Below are positions 8,207-15,498 of a DNA stretch of 60,729 nucleotides, piece after piece. Position 1 is the first letter of the stretch; each line of letters starts with the position of its first letter. A model generated the notes under the pieces. That model had not been told where the DNA came from. It saw nothing but the letters and a program-made list of their open reading frames with translations, and searched no databases. The stretch covers positions 1 through 60,729 of IMG/VR virus record IMGVR_UViG_3300036760_000452. One strand, written 5' to 3'. Origin of the DNA: a virus (taxonomy: Duplodnaviria; Caudoviricetes). The translations under genes and the position numbers were made by a program.

Positions 8207-8412
8207 TCCTCCCCGCACGTGATCGCGTTCGTCGCGCGGTTCACGACGAGGTCGTCGCACAGCACGTCGCCCTCGTACGTGAAGACCCAGCCCCGCAGCG
8301 TCCCCGAGCCGTTGATCTCCGCGATCGGCACGCCAGGGCGCCCCGCGTCGTACGCCACGACCGACCCGCCCGCGAGCGCGAGCACCACCACCACCAGTAC
8401 CAGTTTTCTCAC
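8203..8412 (-). CDS. Small secreted/membrane protein
   Basis: RKLVLVVVVLALAGGSVVA signal-like N-terminus; GGAGG RBS. Confidence 0.6.
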   Translation of the reverse strand: MRKLVLVVVVLALAGGSVVAYDAGRPGVPIAEINGSGTLRGWVFTYEGDVLCDDLVVNRATNAITCGEE

Positions 8413-8432
8413 CACCGTCCTCCAGTGTCCTG

Positions 8433-8462
8433 AACATAAGCCCACGATGGCTAGGATGTCAA
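8433..8462 (-). promoter_or_regulatory. sigma70-like promoter TTGACA-18-TATGTT with box AGCCCACGATGGCT
   Basis: Consensus -35; box at 8439-8452 in the spacer. Confidence 0.7.
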
Positions 8463-8657
8463 CCCCCGAGCTCGGCGCTGCTCGCTACGCCTCTTCACGG
8501 CCTCGAGGCGGCGCTTCAGCGGAACGAATGCGACCGCGGCGAAGCGCCTGCACGCGGCGAGCACCAGAGACTCCGGCACCTCGGCGCCGCGCAGGTAGAG
8601 AGCCGCATCGTTGGGGACGTGGAGCGCCTGCAGCTCAGCGAGGTCGAACGGTTCCAT
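8451..8657 (-). CDS. Hypothetical protein
   Basis: AAGGAG RBS. Confidence 0.5.
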   Translation of the reverse strand: MEPFDLAELQALHVPNDAALYLRGAEVPESLVLAACRRFAAVAFVPLKRRLEAVKRRSEQRRARGLTS

Positions 8658-8907
8658 CGGTTCTCCTTCGCAGCGGCATCCCGTACCCGAGCAGCTTCAC
8701 CGTGGCGCGGTCCTCCTGGAAGGACACGAGCCTCGCGTGGCGCGCGCAGGCATCGACGGTGGTGTAGTCGAACTGCGCGCCTGGCGGATAGTCGCCGTAC
8801 GATGTTGAGCCAACCCTCAAACGGCCGTTCGAGATGGTGCACGTCGCTGTCTGGCGGCAAGGCCGCGTCTTCCCGTCCTGCAGCAGCGCGATGAACTGGC
8901 AGCGCAC
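8635..8907 (-). CDS. Hypothetical Cys-containing protein
   Basis: GTG start after AGGAGG. Confidence 0.5.
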   Translation of the reverse strand: MRCQFIALLQDGKTRPCRQTATCTISNGRLRVGSTSYGDYPPGAQFDYTTVDACARHARLVSFQEDRATVKLLGYGMPLRRRTDGTVRPR

Positions 8908-8908
8908 G

Positions 8909-9121
8909 TCACCCCTCCTGTCCAAAGAGCTTCTCCCAGCACTCCGGGCAGATCCCGGTGAGCAGACGCTCGCGCTCGTCGTGAGTGAGTCCGCTGAGCG
9001 CGCGCTGGATGTACTCCCCGCGCTGCCAGCGGTCGTACCCGTCGCGGGGGACGGTGAGCGTGTGGTCACGCCCGCAACTGTGGCAGCGCGTGGGGACGTC
9101 AACGGTCGGCTCGACGCTCAC
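8909..9121 (-). CDS. Zn-binding phage microprotein
   Basis: CHSC..IQRAL..LT.DERE.LLTGICPECW. Confidence 0.7.
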   Translation of the reverse strand: MSVEPTVDVPTRCHSCGRDHTLTVPRDGYDRWQRGEYIQRALSGLTHDERERLLTGICPECWEKLFGQEG

Positions 9122-9411
9122 GGCTCGAGCGCCTTTCTCATCGCGCTGGCGTGGAACGCGCGCCAGCGAAGCATGGACTCGAAGCGCGCACGCTCTGCGG
9201 CGTGCGAGTTCGCAAGCTCGACTGCATCGCGAGCCGGGTCACAGAAGTCGGGGAGTGGCTGCAGCGACGGGACCACCCGGTTCCCGTCGATCGCCAGCCA
9301 CCAGCGAGGCGGGTCGTCGGGGCATGGCGCCGCGGCGAGGAGCTGCTGCAGCTCCTCGAGCTTGTCCCCGATCCGCAGGAGTTCGACCTCGACGCCGCCG
9401 GCAGCCCTCAT
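9118..9411 (-). CDS. Hypothetical protein
   Basis: RBS and GTGA overlap. Confidence 0.5.
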   Translation of the reverse strand: MRAAGGVEVELLRIGDKLEELQQLLAAAPCPDDPPRWWLAIDGNRVVPSLQPLPDFCDPARDAVELANSHAAERARFESMLRWRAFHASAMRKALEP

Positions 9412-9412
9412 C

Positions 9413-9667
9413 CTAGGCCTCCTTGGCCTTCTTCCAGGTTCGCTTCTGCTCGAGAGTGCGCTCCTCGCAGAAGAGAGCGAGGTCCGTCAGGCACTCCGCA
9501 TCGAAAGACGCCCCGCCTTCCGGGAAGAAGCAGTACCTCCGCCACCACGGGAGCCACCGGATAGTGCCGAGCGGTGCCTCCGCCAGCGTCTCCACCCGCC
9601 AGGGCCGGGTCTTCATCCGCGGCGGCGCCGGCAAGGGAATGATTCGGATCCATCGCGTCTCGATCAC
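9413..9667 (-). CDS. Hypothetical phage protein
   Basis: KTRPW.V..LGTIRW..WRRYCFFP..FDAECL pattern. Confidence 0.6.
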   Translation of the reverse strand: MIETRWIRIIPLPAPPRMKTRPWRVETLAEAPLGTIRWLPWWRRYCFFPEGGASFDAECLTDLALFCEERTLEQKRTWKKAKEA

Positions 9668-9990
9668 TGCGCCACTTCGACTACGTCGATCCGCAGGTAC
9701 TTCTCGTCCACCTCGAGCTCGCGACCGCGAACCTGCGCCTCGTACTCGTCCTCGAAGTCGCCGATCACGACCTCCGCGGCGCTCGGAATCGCCAGCGTCA
9801 GACGGTGGCGCTTCACCATTTCCGGTGGCGCCGGGATCGAAATCTCGAGCGCCGTGTACACCGACCCGCTGTCGATCACCACCCCGTCGATCACGACGCG
9901 GTTGACCCCGTTCTGGCGCGACTCGATCGTCCACCCACGCGCGACCGCCTCACGCTCGATTCCCTTGACGTCCAGCCTGATCAACCTCAT
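9664..9990 (-). CDS. Hypothetical protein
   Basis: AAGGAGG RBS. Confidence 0.6.
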   Translation of the reverse strand: MRLIRLDVKGIEREAVARGWTIESRQNGVNRVVIDGVVIDSGSVYTALEISIPAPPEMVKRHRLTLAIPSAAEVVIGDFEDEYEAQVRGRELEVDEKYLRIDVVEVAQ

Positions 9991-10060
9991 GCCAGCCTCC
10001 TTGCTGAAACTCCGCCTTTCACCGACCCCCACTCCCGCACCGGGGGCCCCTTCTGGCGGG

Positions 10061-10522
10061 TCAGGCCCGATGCCTCCGGTACGTCCTATCCCGGTGGCAA
10101 TTCGCGCACACCAGGTCGCACTTCGCGATCTCGGCCTCAACCGCCTCTAGCGTCGGCCCAATCTGCCTCGCGTGCGATAGCGCGAAGAGCTTGGCCCCGC
10201 GCCCCGGCACGTGGTCGAACTCCATAACGTGGGTCGGAAACTCGCCGCCGCAGTCCAAGCACGGTCGGCCAGCTTTCGCTGCCGCAACCGCTGCCCCCGC
10301 AACCGCCCTGGCGTCCAGCATCCCCGGCGTCGGGCGCTTCCTTGCCACCGCCACCCTAGCCACCTTCGGCCTTGCTGGCTCCACCAGCAAAGCCACGAGC
10401 TCGGCGCACTCCTGTCGGATCTTGGACATCACCCCACGAAGCCGGCGTTGGTCCTCTCGCTCCTTCTCGTCTTCTAGCCCAGCTAACTCGAACTCCAGCA
10501 ACGTCGGGCGCCTATCCTTCAT
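10061..10522 (-). CDS. HNH endonuclease
   Basis: CLDCG..MEFDH..EIAKCDLVCANCHRDRT. Confidence 0.8.
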   Translation of the reverse strand: MKDRRPTLLEFELAGLEDEKEREDQRRLRGVMSKIRQECAELVALLVEPARPKVARVAVARKRPTPGMLDARAVAGAAVAAAKAGRPCLDCGGEFPTHVMEFDHVPGRGAKLFALSHARQIGPTLEAVEAEIAKCDLVCANCHRDRTYRRHRA

Positions 10523-10595
10523 GGCTGGACTCTGGCCCAGGCGCGAATCCGCCGCACCCAAGAGCCTAAAACCTGATCGCAAATCGCCACAAACC

Positions 10596-10859
10596 TCACC
10601 CGCGGGGCGCCCGAGCGCGAAGAGGATCGTCCGCCAGCCTCAACCGCTTCGTCTCCCGATCAAACGACGCCCTGCACGCGTCCTCCCACCGAACAGCCTC
10701 CCACTGCTCTCGCGCCCGTCGACGACCCTCCACAGCAGGATCGCTCGGTGGCCCATCCGCCACCCGCGGAAACACAGGGCCCCTGGCCACCCACCCAGTC
10801 ACCACCCCAACCAGCAGCAGCAACAGCCCCCGCACAGCGTCCCACCCACCCAAGTCCAT
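10596..10859 (-). CDS. Putative membrane protein
   Basis: Hydrophobic GLLLLLVGVVTGWV. Confidence 0.4.
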   Translation of the reverse strand: MDLGGWDAVRGLLLLLVGVVTGWVARGPVFPRVADGPPSDPAVEGRRRAREQWEAVRWEDACRASFDRETKRLRLADDPLRARAPRG

Positions 10860-11064
10860 GACCCGCAATATACGCCACCTTGCCCACGATGGCAAGGCCG
10901 AAAAGTGGCAGCGGGCAGAGAGGGGGGGGCCCCCGGTAGGTGGATGGGGGGCCGGCCTCCAGGAACCGATAGGGTGCCCGCCTGGCGCTCGAGGCGCGCA
11001 GCCGAATGGGCTGACCGATAACGCCGCGGATAACCTAACTCCTTTAGAATCAATGACAGTAACA

Positions 11065-11092
11065 AGGGGACATAAGTTTCATTATCGGAAGC
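11065..11092 (-). other. dif-like XerC/XerD recombination site
   Basis: GCTTCCGATAA-TGAAAC-TTATGTCCCCT: 11-6-11 layout with ATAA/TTAT inner dyad and TTATGT XerD core; AT-rich non-coding island. Confidence 0.65.
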
Positions 11093-11262
11093 TGCTGACA
11101 GGTCAATGACTTACAACCCTCAGATGTGACTCGAGTACGGCAGCAGCCCCCCTGCTCTCCTCTCATCCAGGCCGCCGGCAGCGCATTCGGGAGGCCACGG
11201 GCGCCGAGCTGCCGCCGGCGAATCGCGGTCGATTGCGCCCTGGGCCGCATCTTTCGCGCTCT

Positions 11263-11301
11263 ACCTGTTACCTTTGGTAACGAAGTGCACCATTTGGTGC
11301 A
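11263..11301 (+). promoter_or_regulatory. Paired palindromes GTTAC-N5-GTAAC and TGCACC-ATTT-GGTGCA
   Basis: Dyads at 11267-11281 and 11286-11301 in the divergent control region; the first recurs at 48190-48204. Confidence 0.5.
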
Positions 11302-11440
11302 GTCGATGTTTTCGGCTGCCTCGGCGAACGGACGGCGGCCGTGGGGTTTGCGGTCTCTCCCTGTTCCCATGAGGACTGGTCTCTTGGGGTTGTCTCGCTT
11401 CCGGCTGGCGTTGGCGAAGTGGGGGGTGCAGATTGGAGGC

Positions 11441-11794
11441 ATGATCGAACGAGCAGAGCCGACGCGGCCCGGGTGTCCTGCCATCCCGGCAGGCTACGGG
11501 ACGAACCCGCAGGATTGCGCGTGCGGCGCGTGCGAGACGGTCTACAGCGACGAACGGCAAGCGGCCGAGGCCGAGGCCTCACTGCGGCGGGTGAGCACGG
11601 CGACGGCCTACGACTACGAGGCGCAGTGCTGGGTCAGGGGCCCGGCGGCCGAGCGGCTCATCCGGCAACAGGCGAGGGACACGCTCGCCGTCATCGACCG
11701 GCCGAGCTACCGTCGCATGATGGGCTACACCGACGCCGAGGCCGTTCGGATCAAAACGCGGGCCCTAGAGCTCGCAGGGGAGAACAAGTCATGA
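11441..11794 (+). CDS. Hypothetical early protein
   Basis: GGAGG RBS; ATGA overlap with next gene. Confidence 0.6.
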   Translation: MIERAEPTRPGCPAIPAGYGTNPQDCACGACETVYSDERQAAEAEASLRRVSTATAYDYEAQCWVRGPAAERLIRQQARDTLAVIDRPSYRRMMGYTDAEAVRIKTRALELAGENKS

Positions 11795-12123
11795 GCAGCA
11801 GTCCGGTTACGTCCGTTCGAGACGCATCGGTCAGCGTCGTCTTCGTCTACCGCCCGAACAGCCCCAGGAGGCTGGTGTGCGAGGCCGAGGTCGTCTTCTC
11901 GGACGGCCCGCTGGGGGGCATGAAGCTGGTCGGCTTCTCGCTGTGGCGCTCGCCCGAGGGCGAGGTCTACGTCACCTTCCCGTCCCGTGCGGTCGGGGCC
12001 TCGACCGATCGGCGCTTCTTCGACTACCTCCGATCGGTCGAGGGGAACGGAGCGGACGCGAAGCGGGTCAAGGCGTGGATCGTCGACGCCTACAGGCGCG
12101 AGCGCGAGCCCGAGCAGGCGTAG
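11791..12123 (+). CDS. SpoVG-like nucleic-acid-binding protein
   Basis: LVCEAEVVF..KLVGFSLW..GEVYVTFPSR..RFFDY parallels the SpoVG strand pattern and FV.MPS motif. Confidence 0.6.
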   Translation: MSSSPVTSVRDASVSVVFVYRPNSPRRLVCEAEVVFSDGPLGGMKLVGFSLWRSPEGEVYVTFPSRAVGASTDRRFFDYLRSVEGNGADAKRVKAWIVDAYRREREPEQA

Positions 12124-12129
12124 GCGAGC

Positions 12130-12161
12130 CTCGCGGCCCGGGCTTCGGCCTGGACCGCGAG
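12130..12161 (+). other. Stable C(UUCG)G hairpin followed by a second G-U-rich stem
   Basis: CTCGCGG-CCCGGGC-TTCG-GCCTGGA-CCGCGAG in an intergenic gap; no U tract. Confidence 0.5.
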
Positions 12162-12243
12162 ACGCGCACACGCTGGGGTTGTTGCTCCCGGGTTTCGTGG
12201 CGTTCCGGACGGCGACGGCCGACCTTGTGAGTGGAGGCGAGAC

Positions 12244-12501
12244 ATGAGGGCATTCTTGAGCACGCCAGACGACGGGCCGGCCTTCCTCGACGGGCTGTAC
12301 CCGGGGGAGCTGGACGGGCCCACGATCGGCATGATGGGCGAGTGGGCCGTGAAAGAGGCACTCATGGTGCTGCGCGTGGCCGAGCCGGGGCCGATTGAGC
12401 TGGCGCGACACGTGGCCATCGGTGCCGCGGTCTACCAGTTCGAGATCGAGATTCAGGCGGCGCTCGCGGGGCGCCTCGCGGCTTTCGTGGGTGGTGCGTG
12501 A
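12244..12501 (+). CDS. Hypothetical protein
   Basis: GGAGG RBS. Confidence 0.6.
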   Translation: MRAFLSTPDDGPAFLDGLYPGELDGPTIGMMGEWAVKEALMVLRVAEPGPIELARHVAIGAAVYQFEIEIQAALAGRLAAFVGGA

Positions 12502-12716
12502 TGCTGAGAACCGAGACGAACACGCCCGCGATGGACAAGCGCATCCGGCGAGCTGCGCGCGAGAGGTTCCGCACCCGCTTGATACAGACGGACTTCGAAC
12601 ACGGGCAGTGGTGGGTCACGCTGCGCAACGGCTCTCAGTGGTCCGTGTGCGACGCCGAGGGCTACGGCTCATTTTCGGGTTTCTCGTTCGAGCAAGTCAC
12701 GGGGGGCGACGAATGA
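12498..12716 (+). CDS. Hypothetical protein
   Basis: Overlapping tiling; FEHGQWWV..WSVCDAEG. Confidence 0.6.
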   Translation: MMLRTETNTPAMDKRIRRAARERFRTRLIQTDFEHGQWWVTLRNGSQWSVCDAEGYGSFSGFSFEQVTGGDE

Positions 12717-12934
12717 CGCGCAAGCCTATCAGCGTGAGACAGCATGCGGCGCTTTTGGACGCGCTAGACGACCTGCGGGCGGTCCGTGGCCGGCTTCGGT
12801 TCGCGGGGGCCACACGCGCGGCAGACTACGTGGCGCGCGCGCTCAAGAGCGTCGAGGGGGCCGCGAGGCACGCCGAGAATCGCCCGAAGCGTGAGCCGTG
12901 GGGCGCCGATGCGGGCACGGAGTTGCCGCGATGA
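12713..12934 (+). CDS. Hypothetical protein
   Basis: ATGA overlaps at both ends. Confidence 0.55.
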   Translation: MTRKPISVRQHAALLDALDDLRAVRGRLRFAGATRAADYVARALKSVEGAARHAENRPKREPWGADAGTELPR

Positions 12935-13269
12935 CGCGCGACCGGGCGGACGATTTCGGAGTGGCCGGCGTGTGTGGCGTCGAGGCACGACCAACGCGCG
13001 ACCGGAAGGGCCAAGTGTTCGTGCCTGGCTTCCTGAGCGCGGCCGCGGGCACGCCGATCATGACAGCCGGCGAACTGCCGGGCGGGGGCGCCTTGTTCTC
13101 GCAGCGCGCGCGGGCGGTCGAGCGCGAGCAGCTCTCGCTCATGGCGCTCGAATCGCTTCTGACGCCGATTGTGAACCGGTGCGGGCGGTGCGGGATGGCC
13201 GAGGCCGCGGGCGCGGCTGGCCTGTGCTCGGCGTGCAACGAGCTCGCGGACGAGCGAGGCGAGGCGTGA
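12931..13269 (+). CDS. Hypothetical protein with CGRC/CSAC
   Basis: ATGA overlap. Confidence 0.5.
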   Translation: MTRDRADDFGVAGVCGVEARPTRDRKGQVFVPGFLSAAAGTPIMTAGELPGGGALFSQRARAVEREQLSLMALESLLTPIVNRCGRCGMAEAAGAAGLCSACNELADERGEA

Positions 13270-13399
13270 GGCGCGCGCGGCTCACCCGGCTGTGCCCGTG
13301 CGGTCTACGCCCGCCGCGGCGCCCAGGGCAAGCTCACTGCGCGGCCTGCCACGTTCGGAACCTGCAGCGCCGAAGGGCGCGCAATCGGAGGGAAAGAGC

Positions 13400-13888
13400 A
13401 TGAATCGCTGGTACGTGCGGTGCGTCGACTGCCTGGCTGTGGGGGCCGTCGGCCTGGAAGACAGGAACGAGCGCGGCTTTCTGGCCGAGCCCGAGCGCGG
13501 CACCTGCCCGTGCGGGGGCCGAACGGAGAACATGGGGCGCGTGCGCAAGGCGCGGCTGGTCAAGGACGAGCTGCAGAGTCCCTGTGCCGCAGCCTGCACG
13601 AACGCCCGCGGGCCGGAGTGCGACTGCCCCTGTTCAGGGGCCAACCACGGCTCCCGGGCCCTCGTGGTGGTCACCCGGGACGTGGGGGCGGTGCCGAGGT
13701 ACGAACTCAAGGCGTCGCTCGCGCGGGCGGCCGAGTACCGCGAGGCATTCGCAGCCGCAGAGGCGCGACTCCGGGCCGGCGGCTCGGCGTCGTGGAAGCT
13801 GCGCAAGGCGCAGCGCGCGCGCACGCACAAGGGGCGCCTGACGATCCTGGCCGGCATCCTGCCGGCTCCTGCCGTGGTCGTCCAGTGA
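13400..13888 (+). CDS. Cys-rich phage protein
   Basis: CVDC..CPCGG..CAAACTNARGPECDCPCSGANHG. Confidence 0.7.
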   Translation: MNRWYVRCVDCLAVGAVGLEDRNERGFLAEPERGTCPCGGRTENMGRVRKARLVKDELQSPCAAACTNARGPECDCPCSGANHGSRALVVVTRDVGAVPRYELKASLARAAEYREAFAAAEARLRAGGSASWKLRKAQRARTHKGRLTILAGILPAPAVVVQ

Positions 13889-14059
13889 GCGGCAACCTGA
13901 CGGCTCGAGAGCGGCGCCTACTGGCTGCTCTTCGGTTCATCGAGGCGTGCCCAGCGATTTACGCCCGGCGCGGCCCCGACTACGTGGTGGGCGCGATGGC
14001 CGAAGTAGCCCGGGAGACGGTGCAGCGCGAGACGCGCGACGCCTCGCCCCTGCGCGCGG

Positions 14060-14088
14060 TTGACAGCGAGCCCACGAGAGCATAGCTT
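14060..14088 (+). promoter_or_regulatory. sigma70-like promoter TTGACA-17-TAGCTT with box AGCCCACGAGAGCA
   Basis: Consensus -35 and spacing; box at 14069-14082; GAGGT RBS downstream. Confidence 0.75.
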
Positions 14089-14111
14089 AGATGCTGAGGC
14101 GAGAGGTGATT

Positions 14112-14345
14112 GTGGGAAAACCGAGAGCGACGAAAGCCGAGATCGCGGCGGCGATGATGGCGCGGGCCGAGCGCTACGCCAAGGTGCGCGCGGTCGTGGC
14201 CACCGGGGTATGCCCGCTGTGCGGGGGCAAGCTCAAGCGGAACCTGTCCTTGACCGGCTGGTGGCAGTGCGAGCAGCTCGGCTCGCCAGTCTTCCGCAAG
14301 GACCCGGACAAGGCGTCGTGCACATGGCAGGGGTTCACTGAATGA
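14112..14345 (+). CDS. Zn-ribbon microprotein
   Basis: CPLCG..NLSLTGWWQC..C.WQGF. Confidence 0.65.
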   Translation: MGKPRATKAEIAAAMMARAERYAKVRAVVATGVCPLCGGKLKRNLSLTGWWQCEQLGSPVFRKDPDKASCTWQGFTE

Positions 14346-14542
14346 CCACGAACGAGCAGGCGAGGTCGGACGCGATGGCGGATGCAGAGACGCTATTCCG
14401 GTTTGCCTTTCAGGCGACCGAAGGTCGACGCTGGTTAGAGCCGTCTGCATCGAAGGTCAGAACGGCCTACCGCGCGGCGGTGAGTGATCCGGCGACAGTT
14501 GCCCATGCCGCGTTTCGCGCCGTCCCTGGACTGAGAGGCTGA
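14342..14542 (+). CDS. Hypothetical protein
   Basis: ATGA overlap. Confidence 0.5.
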   Translation: MTTNEQARSDAMADAETLFRFAFQATEGRRWLEPSASKVRTAYRAAVSDPATVAHAAFRAVPGLRG

Positions 14543-14546
14543 GCCG

Positions 14547-14885
14547 ATGAAACGAGCGATCGTCGTTGCTGGCGTGCTGGTGGCGCTCTCGAGCCCGGTT
14601 CGCGCGGACGTGTTCGACGCCTTGGCGATCGGCGCGGCCACGGGCGACGTGGTGACGACTGAGATCGCGTTGCGCCGTGGGTTCGTAGAGCAGAACCTCG
14701 GCAACCGCGGCGCCCGCGTGGGTGCTAACGTGCTGCTGACCGGCGGGACACTCCTCGCGGCCCGCGAGCTCAAGAAGGCGGGGCATCCGGGCTGGGCCAA
14801 GGTCGTCAAGATCGCCACGGCCGCCGGCTGGGGGTACATCGCGGCCCGGAACGTGCGGACCATGAGGGGAGGGCTCGCGAGGTGA
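14547..14885 (+). CDS. Membrane protein with signal peptide
   Basis: MKRAIVVAGVLVALSSPVRA-D; further hydrophobic helices. Confidence 0.7.
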   Translation: MKRAIVVAGVLVALSSPVRADVFDALAIGAATGDVVTTEIALRRGFVEQNLGNRGARVGANVLLTGGTLLAARELKKAGHPGWAKVVKIATAAGWGYIAARNVRTMRGGLAR

Positions 14886-15238
14886 CCGGTGCCCAGGCGC
14901 TCGCCTACTTCACGCTGGAAGTGGCCCGAGCATCAGGCCAGCTCGGCCTCGAACACCCTCCGAAGGTGCAGCCGGTGACGGTCGCGGAGCGCGACCCGCG
15001 CGCGACGGTCAACGCGGTCGCCTACGTGACACCGGACCGGGGCGAGGTGCACATCCTGTGGTGGGCTCTCTGGAAATACGAGAAACGGACCCTGCGCTGT
15101 GTGGCACGACACGAGGCGATCCACCTTGCATTAGCCCACGAGGCGCCGAAGGATCCAGCTCGCGCCGAGCGCCAGCACCAGGATGTAGACGAAGTGCTGC
15201 GGATCAGGTGGCACGAGCCCGCCAGGTGTGGCCTGTGA
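14882..15238 (+). CDS. Small zincin-like metallopeptidase
   Basis: VARHEAIH (HExxH) with a downstream His. Confidence 0.5.
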   Translation: MTGAQALAYFTLEVARASGQLGLEHPPKVQPVTVAERDPRATVNAVAYVTPDRGEVHILWWALWKYEKRTLRCVARHEAIHLALAHEAPKDPARAERQHQDVDEVLRIRWHEPARCGL

Positions 15239-15498
15239 GCGCCCCGCGCGTCGTGTCGGTCGGGGCGCTTGAGGCCAACTACGCGCGGCGTGGGGTGCAG
15301 ACGAGACTTCGCCACGCGCTGATGCTAGACGGCCAGGGCCGGAAGTTGCTGTTGCTCTGCGGCAAGATCAAGCTGGACAACCTGGCGGACGACTACGACG
15401 CCAAGCCGGTCGACTGCCCGCGGTGCCTGTGTGGCATGCGAGGGTTACGAAAGGTAGCAGAACTCGCTAGCGGACCGCTGGCTGGTGGACAGCCATGA
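15235..15498 (+). CDS. Zn-binding hypothetical protein
   Basis: H..LC..CPRC; overlaps neighbours. Confidence 0.5.
   Translation: MSAPRVVSVGALEANYARRGVQTRLRHALMLDGQGRKLLLLCGKIKLDNLADDYDAKPVDCPRCLCGMRGLRKVAELASGPLAGGQP

Noticed and set aside
15126-15154. Additional AGCCCACG hits (15133, and others near 309, 18424, 18946, 34447, 44536)
   Set aside because: They lack the right-hand GCW arm, and this 8-mer is expected several times by chance at this GC content; 15133 has a weak promoter-like context but was not counted
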